NCBI RefSeq assembly: GCF_009914755.1
Contig: NC_060943.1
Direction: 5' to 3' (one strand)
DNA: 64,000 bases
Source of the DNA: the human T2T-CHM13v2.0 reference genome, Homo sapiens
How positions within the stretch are numbered: position 1 is the stretch's first letter; each line of letters begins with the position of its first letter. Shown in pieces: positions 1 through 20,539 of this stretch. A program made the translations under genes and the position numbers. The notes under the pieces are model-generated. The model was not told where the DNA came from. It was given only the letters and a program-made list of their open reading frames with translations, and ran no database searches.

Positions 1-469
1 GACCTCACCCACTCACGGGCTAGCTCCGTCAGGTGTTGACGGATGTCACTCAGGTGTGAGCTCTGCACCTGAGCTCCCCCCTGCACACAGGCAGCCACAA
101 CCAGTCAGTGCAGAGGTGAGCCTGTGGCCAGTGAGGAGCCGGTGAGTCAACCTCCTCCCGCCTACGGGCCCTGAGACGCCGGCTCCGTGAGCTTGCGGGG
201 TCGAGGGCGCCTATATTAAGCCAAGGCTGAGGCAGTGACACACCCTCTTATGGGCCTGCTCTCGCTCCCTGCTTCATTGTCCTGGTCTCTCCCTCTCGTA
301 TGGAGGATCAGACTGGACTCCCCCAGAAAACAAGAGCATATGAACCTTCTGTCTCAGGCTCTGCCTCTGGGGAGCCCAAGCTATGGTTGGCTGAATAGCA
401 GCCGGCAAAGATGTCCTTGTTCTAATTCCGGGAGCACAGGGGTATGTCACCTTCCACGGCAACAGAGAC

Positions 470-663
470 TCTGCAGGTGCGATTGAGTGAAGGACTCTGA
501 GATGGGAGAGCAGCCTGGATGATCTGGAGTCCCCAGTGTCCTCACAGGGTCCCTCATAAGAAAGACTAGAAGAGGCTGCGCTCCTGGCTGCGAAGGTGGA
601 GGAAGGGGCCCCGAGCTGAGGGATGTGAGCCCCTCGACGCTGGGAAAGACGAGGAGTTGGATT
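470..663 (+). mobile_element. MLT1-family (MaLR) LTR fragment
   Basis: gagatggga...ggtccctcataag...gaaggtggaggaaggggcc...ggattct pattern; appears to resume near 1740-1790 after the L1 insertion. Confidence 0.6.
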
Positions 664-1635
<972 letters not shown>

Positions 1636-2100
1636 TAGCCAGGATGGTCTCGATTTCCTGACCTCGCGATCCACCCTCCTCAGCCTCCCAAAGTGCTGGG
1701 ATTACAGGCGTGAGCCACTGCGCCCAGCCAGGATGTATCATTTTAAATCTTAGTTTGTGGAACAGTTTTCTAACTAAGCATGTCACAAAACCTAGAGAAT
1801 CAAGAAAGGAACATGTTGATGAGTTTTGTGTGCCAGACATAAAAATCTAAATGATAGTCTAGGAGAAAATATTTGCAACACTTGTAACAGACCAGAATTA
1901 ACAAGCCTGCGTAAAAAGTGTCTTTCATCCCAAAGAAATATGCAAGTGATTTAATTAGGAAATAAACAGGCTGGGTGCAGTGGCACACACCTGTAATCCC
2001 AGCACTTTAGGAGGCCAAGATAGGAGGATCACCTGAGCCCAGGAATTGGAGACCAGCCTGGGCAACACAGCAAGAACTCATCTTTAAAATTTTTTTTTTA

Positions 2101-2337
<237 letters not shown>

Positions 2338-2589
2338 TCATAATTCTAGGGACCGGTACACACACATATGCTGGAATGCACACACACATCCAAGTGTGTG
2401 TACAGAAATTAATATGTAGGCTGGGTACGGTGGCTAATGCCTGTAATCCCAGCACTTTGGGAGGCTGAGGAAGGCGGATCACCTGAGGTCAGGAGTTCGA
2501 GACCAGCCTGACCAACATGGCGAAATCCCGTCTTTCCTAAAAATACAAAATTAGCTGGGCGTGGTGGTGCATGCCTGTAATCCCAGCTA

Positions 2590-2709
<120 letters not shown>

Positions 2710-2974
2710 TCAAAAAAAAAGAAAGAAAGAAACATGTTCATAAGGCACTTTATTGAAAGATAGTGTGTAAAAGTAGCAAAACTCAGAAATAATCTAAATG
2801 TCCATCAATAGTATATAATTTTTTTTTTTTTGAGATGGAGTCTTGCTCTGTTGCCCAGGCTGGAGTGCAGTGGCACAATCTTGGCTCACTGCAACCTCTG
2901 CCCCCCAGGTTCATTGCCTGCCTCATCTTCCTGAGTAGCTGGGATCACAGGTGCCTGCCACCATGCCTGGCTAA

Positions 2975-3127
<153 letters not shown>

Positions 3128-3379
3128 TAAATTAAATTACTCTGGAGTTGTTAAAATGCACTGATTTTTAAAAAATTATTATTTTTATATCTTTTTTGTT
3201 TTCCTTCATAAAAATGCAATGACTTAGCAAGCTGTCGGTCATAGGAAGTTAAGCGAAAAAAAAAAAAAGCTAAGCCAGCCTCAGAGCAGTCTGTGTTGAG
3301 TGAGTCCAGTTTTAAAAACAAATGGCAAGTGTTGGTATGAAATAGTGCCGATCTCCATTACAGAAGACGGTCTTGGGCA

Positions 3380-3590
3380 CATGTGCGGGAGCCCTACGGT
3401 CTGGCTGAAAATGCTGCCCAGTTCTGGCCGTACCACTTTCTAGCTGTGGACTCAAGGGAGTTGTTTACCTTCTGTCAGTCCATGTTTATTCATCTGCACA
3501 ATCAATGCGTAGAACCATAGCCCTTACCTCACAGCGTTTCCGGGAGGATCAGATGACACAATCCGAGGAAATGAACCATTATTGCTACTT
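3380..3590 (+). mobile_element. MIR
   Basis: MIR core-like ctagctgtg...tttaccttct...ttcatctgcacaat...cttacctcacag...gaggatcagatga. Confidence 0.6.
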
Positions 3591-3642
3591 ACTGTCACTG
3601 CTTTCTTCTGAGGCCAACGTTTGGGCACGCCTAGAAGTTTGA

Positions 3643-4065
<423 letters not shown>

Positions 4066-4190
4066 TAGCCAGGATGGTCTCCATCTCCTGACCTCGTGAT
4101 CCGCCCGCCTCGGCCTCCCAAAGTGCTGGGATTACAGGCATGAGCCACCGTGCCCGGCCGCATGTGGGTTTTTCAATGGCTATTATTTAA

Positions 4191-4759
<569 letters not shown>

Positions 4760-5103
4760 TAGTAGAAACGGGGTTTCTCCATGTTGGTCAGGCTACTCTT
4801 GAACTCCCGACCTGAGGTGATCTGCCAGCCTCGGCCTCCCAAAGCATTGGGATTACAGGCGTGAGCCACTGTGCCCGGCCTATTTTATGTAACTTCTATA
4901 GTTATTATATTTTGTTTTGGGGACCAGGAAAAGAAATTGTAAACCTTTTTGGCTTATTTCCCATGTCTTTTTTTCTGTGCATTAAAACAAAACAAAACAA
5001 ATAAAACAAGGCTGGGCGTGGTGGCTCACGCCTGTAATCCCAGCACTTTGGGAGGCTGAGGCGGGCGGATCATGAGGTCAGGAGATCGAGACCGTCCTGG
5101 CTA

Positions 5104-5448
<345 letters not shown>

Positions 5449-5479
5449 TATTTAAGCATCTTCCATGTCCTTAAATACA

Positions 5480-5810
5480 AATCGTAATGGATAAATACAA
5501 GGTGGTCTGTCTGGAAAAAGGAATATTACTCAGCCATGAAAAGGAACGAAGCTCTGACATAGGCTAGCACCTGGATGAACCCTGAGGACATCACGGCCAG
5601 GGAGAGGTGCCAGACATAAAAGGCCACACAATACATGATCCCATTTATGTGAACTGCGAAGGACAGGCTAATCCACCGAGACAGTAAAGGGATTCACGGT
5701 GGCCTGCGGCTGGGGAGGGGTGGAGAGTGACTGCTGATGGGGATGGGATGTCTTTGGGGTGATGACAGTATTCTGGAACTACACAGAGGTGATGGTTACA
5801 CAACTCCTAC
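5480..5810 (+). mobile_element. Old L1M (L1MB-like) 3' fragment
   Basis: ggaatattactcagccatgaaaagg...gatcccattt...gagtgactgctgatggg...ttctggaacta...ggtgatggtt. Confidence 0.75.
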
Positions 5811-5855
5811 ATTTTACATTTTATTTAATTAATTAATTTATTTATTTATTTCTGA

Positions 5856-5960
<105 letters not shown>

Positions 5961-6227
5961 TGAGTAGCTGGGATTACAGGTGCCCGCCATCACTCCCGGC
6001 TAATTTTTGTATTTTTAATAGAGACGGGCTTTCACCATGTTGGCCAGGCTGGTCTCAAGCTCCTGACATCAGGTGATCCACCTGCCTCAGCCTCCCAAAG
6101 TGCTGGGATAGCTGTCACGAGCCACTGCGCCCAGCCGCCAAAACACTTTCAGGGAAGGTTGTACCCGCGTAGAGGTCCTTTGGCAGCATGTGACAGCTTG
6201 TATCCTCCTGTGTTGCTGCCAGCATAG

Positions 6228-6812
<585 letters not shown>

Positions 6813-6904
6813 TGATCCGCCCTCCTCAGCCTTCCAAAGTGCTGGGATTGCAGGTGTGAGCCACCGCGCCCGGCCTTTTTTTTTTTTTTGAGATGGAGTC
6901 TTGA

Positions 6905-7075
<171 letters not shown>

Positions 7076-7439
7076 TGACCAGGCTGGTCTCGAACTCCTG
7101 ACCTCAGGTGACCCGCCCGCCTCGGGCTTCCAAAGTGCTGGGATTCCAGGCCTGAGCCACCGCGCCCGGCCCCTCCTAGATGTTCTAAGTACAAATCCGA
7201 AAGCCCACTGGGCCTGAACGTCCCTGGTTTGTGGTGCTGCCTCCAGGGGTCCCCTCCTGTTACCTCTTCCCTGGGCCGGTGAAGGGAGGGTGGACGGGAT
7301 GGTGTGGGGCCGCGGGTCCCCATGCCTGGAGCCAAGCCTGGGGCATCTGCTTGCATGCTAGGAGCTCCCTCCCCAGCAAGGCCCGGGCCAGAGAGAGAAG
7401 GAACAGCCCAGAGCCAGGAGAAAAGGGAGAGTGAGGCTT

Positions 7440-7445
7440 TTTATT
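7440..7445 (-). terminator. Distal polyadenylation signal AATAAA
   Basis: TTTATT on the plus strand, followed on the minus strand by U/C-rich sequence. Dense Alu sequence resumes shortly after. Confidence 0.8.
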
Positions 7446-9905
7446 GTGTATGAATTCACGTGGTATCGACAACTCCACACAATATTAAAACACTGCGAGA
7501 AAGTGGGTGCGGCACACCTGGAATTTTAAAAAAGTCAGAAATAAAAACAACCAGACATCCCAATGCAGATGGCATAGAACCTGCTAGAACCACAGGCGGC
7601 GGCTGGAAACAGGAGACAGGTCTTTACGAAGGTTAGATGGGCAGCGGTTCCGTGGACAGAGGAGGAGGCGCGGCTGGCCGGCATATGGCTTCTGTGCAGA
7701 GGGCCTGGCCTCAGGCCGTGGACTTTTTAATAAGTGACCCCTTGAGGAAGGGCGTGGTGGCTCCACCTCCACCCGGAAGCCCCCCCGGGTCACTCACGGG
7801 CGGACAGGTGTGTGACGGCCCTCTCCTACCTGCCCCAGAACTTGGGCAGGACGGGCTGTTAACTTGGAGATGGATGCGTGGCCTGGAGGCCTAGCGTTGC
7901 GCCTCGGACACGGTGGCCGGCCCGTCAAAGGGACCACGCAGAAGGAGGGAAACAGGAGCACCTTCCGCCCTGGCCCAGCCGCCCCGTTTATGTCCCCAGA
8001 GGCCAGAGGTCGCAGCTGAGCTATCTGTGCTTGGCCTGGGGTTACCCCTGGGGAGGGTGGGAGAGGGGTGAGGGTTCTGGCTCCTTCCTGGAGAGAGGAG
8101 GGCAGGGGAGGCGGAGCTGGTCCGGGAAGGTGCCCAGGTGGGTCACAACAGGGTCGGGGCCTGGCCCGCTGTGGCCCTTCACCTGGCTACTGGTGTCTCG
8201 CTCAGCAGCGGGGAAGGCCCGTGGGAGACCCAGGCTACAGAAGGAGAAACGGCCTTCTCTCTCCCACCCGACGCTGCCTTGTGTGTGTGCGTGGGTGGGG
8301 GTGAGTGTCCTTAACTCTCTTTTCCCCTGGCGTAGCTGAGAGAGGCTTGTCCCCCCAAGGCTAGAGCTGCTGCTGCCACCCCCGCCCGCCAGCTCCCCGT
8401 CTGGAGGTGCACGCGCGCTCCTGGAAACGCCCATAAAACATGCGTTCACCCCAGGGATTCCCGGCAGAAAAGCACATGTGGCGGTCGGTGTGTGCACTCG
8501 GGTGCCACGTCTGCAAAGGTATTTTCCACAGTGTGGTCACTGAAGTCTACTCAAGAAAAAAAAAAGTGGAGAATTTTTTTTTTAATCCCCCAAGCTAGAA
8601 AGAAACCCACAGGCTTCTGGCAATGGCCACCTCCCTGGGGTCCGGGAGATGGTGGGGTCTGGACAGCTCAGGGAACCCAAGGCCCTGTGGACAGTGAAGG
8701 AGAGGCCAGCCTGTCCTTCCCCTCCCCGAGCCTCAGTTTACCTGGAACGCTCAGCCCGTTTAACCCCACCATCTGCACCAGCCTAGGAGCCCCGGCTGCC
8801 TGGGGCTGCATCTCTGCAGCAGCCTCCGTTCCCTGCTGGCATTTCTGGGGTCACATTGTGAGGACACACCAGTGGGGCCGGGCTTGGCACAGCTGTGCCC
8901 CCTCCTCCCTCTGCCCTGGCAGCGGGGGCTCGGGGATTAAGGCCTCTTTTAAGGAAAAACGGGGTGGGGTGTGTTTGTTCCCAGTTACCAAGATGGCTCG
9001 TTGGAAAGGGTGGAGGCAGGCGGGCTCTCCCTGCCTGGGGTCCTCCCAGGGTCTCTGGAACAGGCTTTTGTCCCTTCCTGCCATTCCTGCTATGCGTGGT
9101 GGGGACGCCCACACCCCAAACCCTGCCGGCTCCCAGCCCAACCACAGGAGGCTGCAGTCTCCGGGAGCCTCTGGGGCTCTCCCGGGCCAACAGCAGGTTT
9201 GGCGGGTAGGGCTCCCCGAAGCCCCAGCCCTCCCGGACCTGCCGTAGAGAGCTGGGTGCCGGGGGTGGGGAGCCCGGCTGTGGCCTGTGGGAGCTGCCCG
9301 AGGTTGAGGAGTGGAGGTCACTCCCCCGACACCTGCACACACACCCGGAGCCCTCTAGCCTTGGCGAGGTGGGAACCCTGGCAGTCACCAGCTCAGGAAG
9401 TGAGCCAAGCAGGGATCCCCGCCTCACGGGCCTGCACGGAGGACCTGGGCGGCCGTCCAGGAACCCTCTCGGCACGGGTTCTTAGACGCCTGTCTCCACT
9501 GGGGCCGGAGGGACAGGACTAGGCTAGTTTTATTCTACTACTTGCTTCTAGGCCAGCCCCGTGGAGGGGGTCGGGGCGGCCAGGCCTCCTGCGATCAGGG
9601 CTGCGTGGGGTCCATCTCAGGTGTGGCCGCAGGTGATGCCGGCAGGCCCTGGAAGATGTGGCTGCACCTGCTCCCGTCCGTGCCGCAGAGGAGGACGCAG
9701 TCATCTTTCAGAAGCCTCCCCCCGACCCCATGACATCTTCGATTTCCACTTGCCGCTGGGAGGAGTGGCCCATCCTGCGTCTAAGGCATCTCCCGGCCTC
9801 AGACAGCCGTCCTGGGTTGCACGGGGGTGGAAAAGCAAAAAGATCGGGTTCGAGCGACAGGGTAACGTTTTGAGCGGACGTTTTGATCTCCGGGACAACG
9901 TCTCA

Positions 9906-10397
<492 letters not shown>

Positions 10398-11151
10398 TCA
10401 AAAAAAGAAAAAAAAAAAAATCCGAAAACATGATGGGCCGGGCCGGTGACGGCTTCCCTGGGGCAAGTCCCGAAAACCCATTTCTGGCACAGAGGGGACC
10501 CTGCAGAAAGGACCCATGGCTAACATCATGCAGGGGAGTCACACTTGGCAACTTTTCATAGACGAAGCCCCCTCCCGACCCCCACACTCCATCGTGCATT
10601 CATTGCAGGATCGTGCAGTTTAGCGACGGGTTCAACCATCACAATCCGAGTTTAGCCGTATGGAGTAACAATTTTTTAAATAAAGAGATATTTCCAAAAA
10701 ACTTCATGATGTCACCTCCCGCCCCCCATCTCAATTTTACCTCTACTTAAAAACAACACAAAGCATTCCAGTGACCCTATGAAGTCTTTTTACCAATGGC
10801 CAATTCTCCCGGAACTATTGCCACCGGGCGAAGTCACCTCCCTTTCCCCCTCGGCGCCGGTCCACAATTGAAACGGCAATCGAGAGTTTTAAAAAATTGT
10901 TACCCCATCGCTGGGGGATTTCAGTTATTCCGAATGGGAAGTGGCCGTAAAGCCTCCATCCCTTTTGGCCCAAACTGAGAGGGCCATGGGGTCGGACCTG
11001 AAAATTCATCTCCACCTACAAGGTCCATTCTACCCCATCCGGGCGGTGGGAACGCCTTTTTTGGCGGGGAGAGGGGGGATTTCTTTTGGAATTAAAGGTT
11101 TTGGGGACTTGAGATGTTTTGTTTGAGCTAATTACTGAATGATGCCCTGCC

Positions 11152-11169
11152 TGAGACAGAGACAGAGAC

Positions 11170-11206
<37 letters not shown>
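11152..11206. repeat. (GA)n/(GACAGA)n microsatellite in the GNG7 3'UTR
   Basis: Directly visible; starts about 16 nt after the stop codon. Confidence 0.95.
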
Positions 11207-11222
11207 ACATATGAGAACACAG

Positions 11223-11348
11223 TTATAAAATAATACAAGGTTTCTTGTCCTTAAAGGGGTTCTCCGAGGCAGGGACTCCGACCAGCAGGGGGTCGTTCCG
11301 GGCATGTTGCTCACAGTAGCTCATGAGGTCAGACGCCGCTTTGGAGAC
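11223..11348 (-). CDS. GNG7: GNG7 last coding exon segment (codons 28-68 plus stop)
   Basis: Hand translation after the AG acceptor (11350-11349): [44 protein letters not shown]. It has the G-gamma motifs DPLL and NPF and the CAAX motif CIIL, and joins in frame to give 68 aa. It is absent from the ORF track because it is short. Confidence 0.98.
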   Translation of the reverse strand, partial: VSKAASDLMSYCEQHARNDPLLVGVPASENPFKDKKPCIIL

Positions 11349-11389
11349 CTGTGTTTGAGCACAAGGAGGAGACAGAGGAGACATAAGAA

Positions 11390-12130
<741 letters not shown>

Positions 12131-12250
12131 TTGGCCAGGTGCGGTGGCTCACACCTGTAATCCCAACATGTTGGGAGGCGGAGGCGGGAGGATCACTTGA
12201 GCCCAGGAGTTTGAGACCAGCCTAGGCAACACAGTGAGGCCCTATCTCTA

Positions 12251-12418
<168 letters not shown>

Positions 12419-13342
12419 TTAAGATAAATAAACAAATAAATAAATTTATGTGTGTCTTTTCCCAAAATTAAAAAAAGAAAAATGCAGTGGTGTGATCACT
12501 GCAATCTCTTGCTCCCCGGGTTCAAGCAATTCTCCTGCCTCAGCCTCCTGAGTAGCTGGGACTACAGGTGCCTGCCACCACGCCCAGCTAATTTTTGTAT
12601 TTTTAGTAGAGACGGGTTTCAGCATGTTGGCCAGGCTGGTCTCAAACTCCTAACTTCAAGTGATCCAACTGCCTTAGCCTCCCAAAGTGCTGGGATTACA
12701 GGCGTGAGCCACGGCACCTGGCCTAAAAAATATTTTTTTAAAAAAGAAAAGGCTGAGCTTCCTTCAGCAAGCGTTGCCAGATTTTGAACACAAAGGGTCA
12801 GGGACAGATGGACCCCGTTTTCGGAGTCCAAGACCTCATTCTCACCCCAAGGAAGGAAGGTCCTGATAGGAAAACGCTGCCTGCACATTTGATGAGCTTG
12901 AGGGAGGTTTCACGGTGACACCCGGCCAGGGGGCTGGGCCCGGTGAGGACGAGATAAGCCCGTCTCCATGTTTCTCTTGCAGCCTGAACCCCCTGATGAC
13001 TCCAACCCTCTGAGGGGCTGATGCTTCCGGTCACAGGAGGCACCCCCTGCCCCGGGCTGCTGCCAGCCCGCCCCAGGCTACACGCCCGTCTCTCCTGGCC
13101 ATGCCTTTGGGGGTGCCGCTGCCACTCCCCGCTTAGCTCACCCCAGCAGGGCTGGGGCTGGGGTGTCCGGTGTCCTGGGTCAGGCTACACGGGGACACGT
13201 CCATCTGGCCCTGGATCTCATCCCGTAACCGGTAACTGTGTCTCTGTGGGACTCAGCGACCTTTCTCTCCTTGCTTTCTTTCCTGGAAGGCGAGAGGGCG
13301 ATCACAGGGGGAGGATTAGATGTGGCAGAGGTGAGGGGATGA

Positions 13343-13507
<165 letters not shown>

Positions 13508-13532
13508 TGAGTAGCTGGGACTACGGGAGTGA

Positions 13533-13877
<345 letters not shown>

Positions 13878-14924
13878 TAGAATAATTTTCTGGTACAGAT
13901 GAGGTCTCACTATGTTGCTCAGGCTGGTCTCGAACTCCTAGGCTCAGGCGACCCTCCCGCCTAGACCTCTGAAAGTGCTGGGGTTACAGGCATGAGCCGC
14001 CTCGCCTGGCCAGTACCTCTGCATCCCAGATCCTCTGTCCTCCTTTGGACCCCAAGGATACCTGGGACCTGGGCCCCTCAAACGGCCAGGAGCCTGTGGG
14101 ACAGCTTTGGGGTCTTGCCCAGCTGGGCAGCCGGGGGACGCTCATGCCCACAGAGTGAGCCCGCCGGCCGCGGCCTGTGATGACTCGGACCTGGCCTGCT
14201 TTCTAGACTTCTATTTGGGAAGCGGCCCTCCTGGACGACAGAAATAGCCTCCAGACCCCGAAAATAGCTGGCATTGTGGCTCCAGCACGTGGCACCTTGG
14301 CACCACCCCCCATGCCCACTGCGCTGGGCTGGTGAGCCCCAAGATCGTCGCCGTTGAGGTTCTGTGGTTCTGGTCGCCGCGTTGGAGCTGGGGATGTAAA
14401 ACCTCAGGCGGGACTGGGAGTGGGGACGGGTCAAATCCTGGCTCCCCCCCGAGGCCCAACATTCAAAGGGGCGGTGGGGGCCCCTCCTCAACATCAAACA
14501 GGGCAGGATGAGTCACCGCCCTCCGCCCGGGCTGGGGGCTGGCACCCACTCGTAAAAGGAAAACCACTTCAACCAGGGCTTTCTCTCTTTTCAGCCCGAA
14601 GGAATGCTTTGAATGCTCAGGTCTGTCCTCAGCAGTCAGATTGCTGGAACATTCAGACACCTCGTGGGAGGCAGACCCCTCCCCTACTGGTTGGATCCCG
14701 GCCAGCAGCAGCGTGATGGGGTCTGGGAGGGCTCAGAGCTGCGCTGGAGGGAGACTCACCGGCCGATCAGAACCACCTGTGCCACCTGGCCAGCAGGGAC
14801 GACTCTGTCCGCCTCCCCGCTGGGAGCAAAGCAAGGGCCGGTCACCCCTTCCTAATAAATTCCCGTGGCCAATAATGACAAGCTGGTGACAGGTGCTGGA
14901 GAGCTGAGTTCTGAGTGGATACGT

Positions 14925-16040
<1,116 letters not shown>

Positions 16041-16100
16041 TGCCTTAAAATAAATCTCGACAAGGCGCAGCCTCAAGTGTGATCCTTGTAAAAAACTTCA

Positions 16101-16497
<397 letters not shown>

Positions 16498-16816
16498 TCA
16501 TTGCCAAGGAGCTGGACAGATCAATGCAGATGAGGACGACAAAGCGCTCTGTCACGATGACCGTCTCCACGGGGCCCCAGTGTGTTTACAAAGCACGTTA
16601 CATTGCTGCACGAAGGCAGGAGATAGGTGTTAGATCAGCTGCCTCTTTCTGCCGAGGAAATGGAGGCTCAGAGAGGTTAAGGCAGGGCCTCAAGGTCACA
16701 CAGCAAGAGACACAGTTGGGGTGCAAGCCTCTGCCCTCCTGCCGAGCCTCCTGTTCATCATTTGCGGGGCCCCCAAGGGTCTCTCCCCTCCTCTTCCTGA
16801 TGCCCGCTGGGCTCAC

Positions 16817-16897
16817 CTTGATGCGCTCAATCCCGGCTTCTATGCGTAGCTGTTCCACCAGCTTCCGGGCCTGGGCTATGTTGTTAGTGGCTGACAT
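16817..16897 (-). CDS. GNG7: GNG7 first coding exon segment (codons 1-27)
   Basis: Translates [27 protein letters not shown], the G-gamma-7 N-terminus. Ends at phase-0 donor AAG|GTGAGC (GT at 16816-16815). An in-frame TGA 12 nt upstream of the ATG excludes an N-terminal extension. Confidence 0.98.
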
Positions 16898-16934
16898 TGT
16901 CTGCCATCAGCTCTGGGCCCCGTTGTCCAGAGAG
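16898..16934 (-). other. GNG7: 5'UTR portion of the GNG7 start-codon exon
   Basis: Pyrimidine-rich acceptor tctgcttcccccacag| lies 37 nt upstream of the ATG. Confidence 0.9.
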
Positions 16935-17276
16935 CTGTGGGGGAAGCAGAGGGGTGTGGGTCAAAGTTCAGGTCAGGCCTCTGGGTGGCAGCAGGGGCGC
17001 CAGGCCTTGGCTCAACCTTCCCGACTCTAGGCACGGCCACTTTGCCTCTGGGTGGGGACCAGGGGCCTCCGTGTACAAAGAGCTGGCACTCGTTTAACTC
17101 TCAGCATAGAGCCTGGCACGCGGTCAGCCGTCACAATCCTCTGTGGGAGTTTGCAGAACGAGAGAATGAAAGGGCGAAGGCAGGCTGGGCGTGGTGGCTC
17201 ACGCCTGTAATCCCAGCACTTTGGGAGGCTGAGGCAGGTGGATCATGAGGTCAGGAGATCGAGACCATCCTGGCTA

Positions 17277-18460
<1,184 letters not shown>

Positions 18461-18767
18461 TTCGTAGGACCCAGTGAGGGGGTTGGTGCTGATGGGGGTG
18501 GCAGGGGCAGGGGCCAGGTTCAAGAGTCCTGGGCAGCCGCAGTCCCAGCCGGGCGTCTGTGAGCAGTTAATTAAGCCGCACCCTGTCTCTGTCATAACTC
18601 ATGGCATCGCTGTCTGTTTTGCAGAGCCAGGCAGCCGCAGAGAAGTCAAGGCAGATTCCAGAGTTCTCAAAAAATGCCTACTTAGTGATAAGAAGGAAAG
18701 GACTGGCCGGGCGCGGTGGCTCACGCCTGTAATCCCAGCACTTTGGGAGGCCGAGGCGGGCGGGTCA

Positions 18768-19146
<379 letters not shown>

Positions 19147-19379
19147 TCACTGCAAGCTCCGCTTCTCCAGCTCCAGCGATACTCTCACTTCTGCCTCCTG
19201 AGTAGCTGGGATTACAGGTGCATGTGCCACCATGCCTGGCTAATCTTTGTATTTTTGGTAGAGACATGGTTTTACCATGTTGGCCAGGCTGGTCTCAAAC
19301 TCCTGGCCTCAAGTGATCTGCCTGTCTCGACCTCCCAAAGTGCTGGGATTACAGGCATGAGCCACCATGCCCGGCCCAA

Positions 19380-20035
19380 GGACGAAATTTTAGAAATGGA
19401 GAACAGATTAGCGGCTGCCAGGGATCAGGGAGGGGCAGGGGCTGGGAGGGAGATAGGTCTCTGTATAAAAGGGCAACACAGCCAGGCATGGTGGCTCTTG
19501 CCTGTAATACCAGCACTTTGGGAGGCTGAGATGCGAGGATCACTTGAGTCCAGGAGTTTGAGGCCAGCCTAGGCAACATAGCAAGACCCCCTCTCTACAA
19601 AAAATTAGAAAATTAGCTGGGCATGGGTAGCGCACTCCTGTGGTCCCAGCTACTTGGGAGGCTGAGGTGGGAGGATCACTTGAGCCTGGGAGGTTGAGGC
19701 CAGACTGGGCAATTTAGTGAGACCCCATCTCTGAATAAATAATAAAAGGGCAACACGAATGATCCCTGTTAGTGCCTCAACTACGGTGATGAATCCACAA
19801 GCCTACATGAGTGATAAACTCACAGAGAGCCTCACACACTCACACACCAGCGGGCACAATACTGAATACTGCGGAACCTGAGTGAGGCTGGTGGGTGTGT
19901 GACTGTCTGGCTGCGATCCTGCCCATAGCTTTACCAAATGTTACCACCAGGGACGGCCGGGGAATGACACACAGAATTCCTCTACATTCTTTGTTAGCAC
20001 TGGCTGTGACTCCACGGCGATCTCAATAAAAGGGG
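19380..20035 (+). mobile_element. L1MC-like 3' end with a nested Alu
   Basis: ttttagaaatggagaacagattag...ataaaagggcaacac (duplicated around the Alu)...tctcaataaaa. Confidence 0.7.
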
Positions 20036-20539
20036 CAATTAAACAAAAAATCCCTTTGACACCGCCCAGCCTCCTTGGTTTCCAGCAGACGTCCCACCCC
20101 CACTTTTTGGGGGCAGAGAAGGCCCAATCTGTCTGCTCTGGAGGCAGAGCCCACGTGTGGCCGCTCAGAGGGCTCTGATTCCAGAGAGCTTCAAAGCAGC
20201 CACAAAACATCCAACTCAGGGAAAACCGCCCTTGGTTGGGCTTAAAAATACCTAAATTACTCAGTGCTAAAAATACGTGCACGCAGAGAACAAACGGGCT
20301 GGCCGCACCTCCTGTTTTCCTTGGAAGGCCAGGGGGTCCTATTTAGCATCCACAGTCAGGAGTGTCCACCCAGACCCTGGGCCCCTGCTGCCCTGGGCAG
20401 CCACCGCCCGCAATTTCCATGTGAGCATCAGGTCCTGAGCCGTGCTGGCTTTTCTGTTTTGGGCGAAATTCCCTGCGAGATGCTCCCTTTGGGCTGGGTA
20501 ATAACCCAGGCCTGCCAGGAAGGCCAGAGAGGACTGCGC

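Noticed and set aside
8492-9522. 251-, 230- and 183-aa ORFs within the 3'UTR
   Set aside because: Overlapping frames on both strands in GC-rich DNA, low-complexity P/G/R/S composition and no recognisable domain.
16598-16897. 99-aa ORF as the GNG7 protein
   Set aside because: G-gamma similarity stops at the GT donor after codon 27. The rest is intron read-through into MIR-like sequence.
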